Shown here in pieces: positions 58,224 to 64,000 of a stretch of 64,000 nt of DNA (positions are counted from its first letter, which is position 1; each line of letters begins with the position of its first letter). The stretch is from a virus, in IMG/VR virus record IMGVR_UViG_3300034284_001491, positions 1-64,000 of that record. One strand, given 5' to 3'. Both the position numbers and the translations under genes were made by a program. The notes below the pieces were generated by a model that was not told the origin of the DNA, did not search any database, and saw nothing but the letters and a program-made list of their open reading frames with translations.

Positions 58224-61200
58224 TGGAAAATATTCTTGATAGCACCCAGGGTAGTATATCTCCAGAATTATTTGACTTTTATGATAAGTCTTTTATGGTT
58301 AATGGAGATCCTAATCTAGAAAATATATTACCATCTTCTAATCCTGATAATAATACTGGAGATAACGTTAATAATTTAATTACACAATTAAATAATAACA
58401 ATAAAGTATTTCAAAATAGAGTAACGAATATTCAAGATAGTTTTAATGATCCATTCAAAGAAGTGAAGATGTATGGTTTTAATCCTTCATTTAAAGGATT
58501 AAACATGGATCGTTATGATGATAAAGAATTAGGATTTGATCCATTTAGGGATAATGAAAAATTCTATAATGAAAACACTTCCATATTTTATGATTATGGA
58601 AGAGCTTTTAATGGAATGGGTAGATTGGCTGCAGGTGCCTTTGTTGATAGTGCCACTAGTTTAGGTAGAATGATACAAGGAGATTTTGATGTATCTCCTG
58701 AATTTGCTTTAGATAGTGAAAGAATCATGGCAGAAACCATGTCTACAAAAAGTGGGTTTTTACCTGGTGTAGCTAATTTTATGGTTAACACAGGATTCAC
58801 TGTAGGTATGTTAGCCGAAATGGTAGTAGAAGAAGGCTTGATTGCAGGAGCATCATTATTACTAGCTCCAGAATCAGGAGGAGCTTCACTTGGTGGTGGT
58901 GCATATTTAGCAGCATTAAGAGCTCAAATGGGTGCAACAAGAATTGCATCTGCTTGGAAAGGAATGGGAGCTTTAAAAAAAGCACTTACAAATCTTGATG
59001 ATGTAAATGAAGCAAGAAGATATTTTACACAATTTGGAAAAGGAACAGTAGACTTTTTAAATCCATTACGTAATACAACAGATTTATTTGCTGATGGAAA
59101 TAAACTAAAAGGTTTAGGTCAAATGGCTGCAGTATCTAAAGGATTTGGTGCATTCTTTAGAGATGTAAGAGATATAAATAGATCTTTATCTGAAGCTAGA
59201 TTAGAAGGTGGTTTTGTTCAAAACAAGATGTTTGAAGATCTTGTTAATGAACATATTGAAAGAACAGGTAAAGAACCAACAGAATCAGAGTTACAAGGAA
59301 TTAAAAATATGGCTCATACTGCAGGTATGACCACACAACTTATAAATCTACCGGTTATTCATTATACAAATAATATAGCATTTGGTAATCTAAGTAGACC
59401 ACTAACAAAATTTATTGGTGGAGCAAATGATCTAAGATTCTTAAAAGGTAAATTTGGATGGGTGGGAGATACCTTCCAAGAATTAGATAAAGGATTTATA
59501 CAATCTACTAGAAGATCTTTAAATCCAAGAAACATTAGTAGGAATAGTTTAAACTATTTTTCTGCAAATCTAGCAGAAGGTTTACAAGAAGTGTTTCAAG
59601 AAGCTACAGCAGTAGCAACAGAAGACTATTATAAAAATCTATACTTTAACGAAAACAGTATAGCCAGAAAAATGAATGAATTAAGTTGGCTAGATAGTTA
59701 TGGAAAAGGTATAGGGGCACAAATGAGTGGACAAGGTCTTGAAGTATTTGCTTCTGGATTCTTTATGGGAGGTCTGATGAATACGGTTTCTAAAAATCTA
59801 TTCAAAACAATTGATTATGTACATGAATCAGTTAATGATAGAAGATTAGAAGCAAGAGCTAAAAAAGATCCCGAATTTAAGATTGAATATGAAAAACAAA
59901 AAGCAGATAAGCAACAAAGAATAACGCAAGCTAAAAAAGATCTAGTGGAAGGTATTAATGCTTTATACCAAGACCCTAATAAACTATTTGCACCAGACTT
60001 AGAAAACTTAACTGCACAAGAAATATTAGATAGAAAAATTAGAGCAGCAGGTGCAAATAATGATCGTAAATTCTTAATTGATTTTACAGATGAATCATTC
60101 TTTAAACATGTTGAAACTGCTTTACGTGTTGGTAAATTTGAATCATTAATAGATAGAATTGAAGGAAGATTAAAATTAAATGATGATGAATTAGCTCAAG
60201 CAATGAATGTCAAAGATGGTGCTGCTGCAAGAGCTAGATTAGAAGTATCAATTGATAGAGCTAAAGAAATAAAAAGAAGATTTGATTTAGCTCCTAAGAA
60301 TCCTATAGATCTATCAAAATTTAATTCTAGTTTTTTTAATAAAAATAAAGCCACTGAAGAAGAATATTATCAAGCAAGAATATACAGTAAAGCATTTGAC
60401 GATGCTGTGAATGATATGATATTTTCTCAAGTTTCTTTTGATAGAAAACTTGAAAGAATGAGAAATATAACTGGTGACTTTGCTAAGATTAATATACTGG
60501 CAGATGCACCTGCAGCACCATTAATGCATTTATTTGGTGCATCTAATATGATGACTGAGATTGAGTTATTGATGTCTGAAATCCAAGCACTAGATCCAAC
60601 TGATGAAAAGAATAAAAAGACAATTGAAGAAAAAACTTCATTATTAAATAAACTAAATACTTTAGCTGAAACAATAGATGACTTCACTGAATATGATCGT
60701 GAAACCAGAACAAATGAAGAAATGGCTGGTGATGATATTCAGAATCCAAAGTATGCAGAAGCAATTAGAAAAGCTTTTGGAGAATACATGGAAGAATATG
60801 CTAAAGTAAATAAGACATATATTAAAGCAGATAATTTAGATAATGCATTTGATTTATTATATGATTATTATAGACTAGATGTTGATGCAGATAGATTAAG
60901 TAAATCTGTAGCTGTTGTATCTTCTCCAAGTTTTATTAATGATGAAGCATCAAGAAAGTTTAGAGCATTAAAGAATACATATGATAATCGTAAATCATAC
61001 ATTCAAAAATCTGTAGATAAATTTTTTGAATTAATAGGATTAAATGATGTATTCTCTAAATTAAAAGATTTAGATGTTGCAGTACATCCGCAAGAAGCAT
61101 TAGCCTTTAATCTAGCTCAAGGAAATTATAAAATCAAAAGATTTGTTAATGCTAAGACATTAGAAGAAATAAAAGAATCTGATCCATTAATGGAAAAGAT

Positions 61201-64000
61201 TAAAAATATAATGTCAGATTATGAGCAAACAATTGGTATAAAGGAAAAAGAAGAGGCTAAAGCTAAAGCTGAAGAAGAAAAGAAAAAAGAGGAGGAAGCT
61301 AAAAAAGAAGCAGAGGAGGAAAAGAAAGCTGCACAAAAAGTTGAAACAGATGTACTTGCAGGTCTTGATAGTAAAACAATTAAAGAATTAAGAGATGCTT
61401 ATAATGATATTGAAAGAGATGATAAAGAATCATTTGAAGAATTCTTAGATTCTCCTCAAGCACAAAGAATTATAGCTGCAGCTAAACGTGGTAAAGAACC
61501 TGAAGAAAAATCAGGTAAACAACCACCTCCTACATCTACAGAAAAAGTACCATTTAATGGAATTGAAACTACTGAGTTTAATATTCCAGGAGTTAGTATG
61601 GAAGGATTTACTATTGATGGTAATTATTATAATGTATTGAGTCATTACGGTAGAGCTAAAACATTAGTAAATATTAATGGTGTTATAGTACCTTTTTATC
61701 TAACATCTGGATCAGGTGGAAAAGGTCTTATACCTGGTTGGTATCCTTTTGGAGGAATTGGTGAAGATGGTTGGCTAAATAAAACAGGAAAAGCTGATAT
61801 GGAATCTTATTACTCAAGACTTATTGGTCAAGAGAATGCTGATTTACTTAAAGCTGTAGCTGCTAAACTTAATGAACAGTATGGTACAGATCCTGAAGTT
61901 TTTAAAAATCCAGATGCAGATCCTACAACAACAGAAAAACCTATAAGTAGTTTATCAGATAAAACAGAAGAATACATTAATAGTAAACTTCCTTTTACAC
62001 CAACATCTAATCGAACTGCAGAGACACTCAAAAACTTTGAAAGTAATATGACAAAGTTGGGAGAAGCTCTTACTAATGCAAGAACTACTACTCCTACCTC
62101 TACGGAAGCAGCTCCTACTACTACAGATCCTAAATCTGATATAGAAAGAAGAAAAAAAGAATCTTTAAATTCTATTGTAGAAAGTTACGATAAAGGAACT
62201 GATTTAACTATAGGTAAAGCAATAATTACTAAATCAGATGGCACTAAAGAATCAATATCTGATTTAAAAGATGTTGTTACAACTGGAGATCCATTTCAAA
62301 GATTAAAAGATAAAATAGAAGCCATATATAAACAAGAATTAGATGCTTTAGAAGGTAAAGGTACTAAAGTAGAAACAAATCTTAGTGCTAATATTGATCC
62401 TCCTAATGAAGGAGTAGAAGAAGAATTAACTCCTGAAGAATTAGATATACTTACAGATTTAGAACCTAAATCACCATTCTCAGAATTAGATCCTCTATAT
62501 TCTGCAGATGAATTTATTCTAACAGAAGATGGTAAATTCTATTTTAATCAAAACAATCCTAAACAAAAAGCAAAACGTGTATCAGAATTAAAACCTGAAT
62601 TTAAAAAAACACCAAGTAATAAAATTCAAGTTGAAATTGCTGCAGAAAGAGGAAATATAATTGACTTTTTGATTAGAAGATTTTTTGAAAATAGACTAAC
62701 AGCAGATAATGTTGATAATGCAGCAGCAGCATATAGAAAAGCATATGGAAAAAGAAAATTAAATTTTGATCCAAATTTCTTTACAGATCTATATAAAAAC
62801 TTTGAGACAATTAAATCAGAATTTGATTCAAAGGGTTGGACTATTGTATCTAATTTACCAACACTATTTGGTGTATTAGGTAAAGATCTTTATGCTGGAA
62901 CTACAGATTTATTAGCAAAAGATAAAGATGGTAATTATTTTATAATTGACCTTAAGACATCTAGTCAAAGTCGTAGAAATGATTATGAAAAACAATTACT
63001 TGGTGAAAGTAATTACGGATATAGCACTGCTGATAGAATTCAACAGAATGCATATAGAGAACTTCTTAAACAAAGAACTGGTATTGAGGTAAAAGGATTA
63101 TATATCCTACCTATAATTATAGAAGGTCAAGTTGGAAAAATATCTGGTAAATTTACATCTAGTAGAATTGATAGTTCTCCCACTGAAGGAAATCTATTAC
63201 AGATAGATATGTCTAAAACTATCTATGAGATAGTTCCAGATAAATTTACATTTCCAGAAACTAATGTTCCAGAATTTCCTGTATCTAATTTAATTGTTGG
63301 TAAGATTGTATATGCATCACCTGGTTTAGGTAAATCTAGATTAGTATCACAATATCCTAATCAATTTGCTGATATGGATCAATTACTTGCTGATGAATTT
63401 AATGCAGCAGGCTACACTGGATTTACAGCAGATAATGTAGGATCTAAAGTATTTGAATTATATAAAGGACAAGACTTTGATTCTATAGATGAGATAGTAA
63501 ATAATATCTATAGAAAAGCATTTGATAGAGCGAGAGAAATGACTAAAACTGGTGTTACAGTTTTAACAGGTAGTAGTAGATTCCTCTCAGGAAGAGGAAG
63601 TAATAGATATGTAGATGTTGCAATTAAAGCAGATTCTGATACTCTTATAAAAGATCAGATGAAAGCTAAAAATCCAACTATGTCTGAATCAGAAATTGAT
63701 AGTCTAGTTAGTAGAGTTAGACAAACTGAGGATAAAGCAAAAATATTAATTGAAGTGGATAATGCAGGTTTCTTAAACTTTATACAAGGAAACATTAATC
63801 TATCTCCATTAATTGCAAAAGCTAATTCAAATAAAGAAATAATGGCAATTGAAAAGTTAATTCCAATCACTGTTTCTGATGAAGATTTAGCTAACTTTAC
63901 TGCAAAGAATAAACTAATGCAAGACAGGCAAAAAATGTTTAAAGAACTTCAGCCTGGAGATTTAGTTGAACTAAGTATAAATGATGGTAAAAATACTGTT
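58223..64000 (+). CDS. Giant polyvalent virion protein, truncated by the window end (>1900 aa); contains a PD-(D/E)xK nuclease and a P-loop domain
   Basis: ATG at 58223 (TAATG coupling); same frame open at every point checked up to 64000; GTTDLL..IIDLKT..IQQNAY at ~62890-63060; IVYASPGLGKS at ~63305-63340. Confidence 0.8.
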   Translation, partial: MENILDSTQGSISPELFDFYDKSFMVNGDPNLENILPSSNPDNNTGDNVNNLITQLNNNNKVFQNRVTNIQDSFNDPFKEVKMYGFNPSFKGLNMDRYDDKELGFDPFRDNEKFYNENTSIFYDYGRAFNGMGRLAAGAFVDSATSLGRMIQGDFDVSPEFALDSERIMAETMSTKSGFLPGVANFMVNTGFTVGMLAEMVVEEGLIAGASLLLAPESGGASLGGGAYLAALRAQMGATRIASAWKGMGALKKALTNLDDVNEARRYFTQFGKGTVDFLNPLRNTTDLFADGNKLKGLGQMAAVSKGFGAFFRDVRDINRSLSEARLEGGFVQNKMFEDLVNEHIERTGKEPTESELQGIKNMAHTAGMTTQLINLPVIHYTNNIAFGNLSRPLTKFIGGANDLRFLKGKFGWVGDTFQELDKGFIQSTRRSLNPRNISRNSLNYFSANLAEGLQEVFQEATAVATEDYYKNLYFNENSIARKMNELSWLDSYGKGIGAQMSGQGLEVFASGFFMGGLMNTVSKNLFKTIDYVHESVNDRRLEARAKKDPEFKIEYEKQKADKQQRITQAKKDLVEGINALYQDPNKLFAPDLENLTAQEILDRKIRAAGANNDRKFLIDFTDESFFKHVETALRVGKFESLIDRIEGRLKLNDDELAQAMNVKDGAAARARLEVSIDRAKEIKRRFDLAPKNPIDLSKFNSSFFNKNKATEEEYYQARIYSKAFDDAVNDMIFSQVSFDRKLERMRNITGDFAKINILADAPAAPLMHLFGASNMMTEIELLMSEIQALDPTDEKNKKTIEEKTSLLNKLNTLAETIDDFTEYDRETRTNEEMAGDDIQNPKYAEAIRKAFGEYMEEYAKVNKTYIKADNLDNAFDLLYDYYRLDVDADRLSKSVAVVSSPSFINDEASRKFRALKNTYDNRKSYIQKSVDKFFELIGLNDVFSKLKDLDVAVHPQEALAFNLAQGNYKIKRFVNAKTLEEIKESDPLMEKIKNIMSDYEQTIGIKEKEEAKAKAEEEKKKEEEAKKEAEEEKKAAQKVETDVLAGLDSKTIKELRDAYNDIERDDKESFEEFLDSPQAQRIIAAAKRGKEPEEKSGKQPPPTSTEKVPFNGIETTEFNIPGVSMEGFTIDGNYYNVLSHYGRAKTLVNINGVIVPFYLTSGSGGKGLIPGWYPFGGIGEDGWLNKTGKADMESYYSRLIGQENADLLKAVAAKLNEQYGTDPEVFKNPDADPTTTEKPISSLSDKTEEYINSKLPFTPTSNRTAETLKNFESNMTKLGEALTNARTTTPTSTEAAPTTTDPKSDIERRKKESLNSIVESYDKGTDLTIGKAIITKSDGTKESISDLKDVVTTGDPFQRLKDKIEAIYKQELDALEGKGTKVETNLSANIDPPNEGVEEELTPEELDILTDLEPKSPFSELDPLYSADEFILTEDGKFYFNQNNPKQKAKRVSELKPEFKKTPSNKIQVEIAAERGNIIDFLIRRFFENRLTADNVDNAAAAYRKAYGKRKLNFDPNFFTDLYKNFETIKSEFDSKGWTIVSNLPTLFGVLGKDLYAGTTDLLAKDKDGNYFIIDLKTSSQSRRNDYEKQLLGESNYGYSTADRIQQNAYRELLKQRTGIEVKGLYILPIIIEGQVGKISGKFTSSRIDSSPTEGNLLQIDMSKTIYEIVPDKFTFPETNVPEFPVSNLIVGKIVYASPGLGKSRLVSQYPNQFADMDQLLADEFNAAGYTGFTADNVGSKVFELYKGQDFDSIDEIVNNIYRKAFDRAREMTKTGVTVLTGSSRFLSGRGSNRYVDVAIKADSDTLIKDQMKAKNPTMSESEIDSLVSRVRQTEDKAKILIEVDNAGFLNFIQGNINLSPLIAKANSNKEIMAIEKLIPITVSDEDLANFTAKNKLMQDRQKMFKELQPGDLVELSINDGKNTV

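Noticed and set aside
1-64000. Stop-codon reassignment, as seen in some crAss-like phages
   Set aside because: Long genes are intact in the standard code, and TAG (14134, 15480) and TGA (8280, 20600, 48552) act as stops at sensible gene ends
42529-64000. Virion RNA polymerase catalytic subunit
   Set aside because: No DxDxD catalytic motif in a convincing context was seen in the window; it may lie beyond 64000
1-64000. tRNA or rRNA genes
   Set aside because: Intergenic gaps are short and AT-rich; no cloverleaf or T-loop (GTTCRA) context was recognised

Overview
This window is a 64-kb piece of a large, AT-rich tailed-phage genome with Crassvirales-like (crAss-like) gene order, probably infecting a Bacteroidota host (TAnnTTTG promoters, A-rich leaders without Shine-Dalgarno). 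It uses the standard genetic code. Bases 1-~980 hold small leftward genes, with an identical 16-bp motif in front of each gene group. A GC-rich spacer at ~1070-1135 marks the strand switch. Everything to the right is on the + strand. In order: a GroES-like co-chaperonin, fibre/adhesin-like genes, a GH24 endolysin, HU/IHF-like genes, a Cas4-like nuclease, PhoH, terminase, portal, scaffold-like protein and major capsid protein. Then come ring/accessory and Cys-rich decoration proteins, a metallophosphoesterase, tail rings, a small HExxH protein, the muzzle/tail-stabilisation protein and very large putative virion cargo proteins, the last running off the window. The most striking unexplained signal is a recurring [YFMAKW]-[KQA]-x-G-G peptide motif (~24 copies by eye). 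It sits at the domain boundaries of the 2007-aa and 1728-aa cargo proteins and in tiny basic peptides next to the capsid genes, suggesting a double-glycine-punctuated polyprotein processing or packaging system. Other candidates are a short hairpin RNA whose loop is complementary to a fixed-position leader motif, and a peptide mimicking the ribonucleotide reductase C-terminal tail. All functional calls come from motifs recognised by eye and from gene order; no searches were run.
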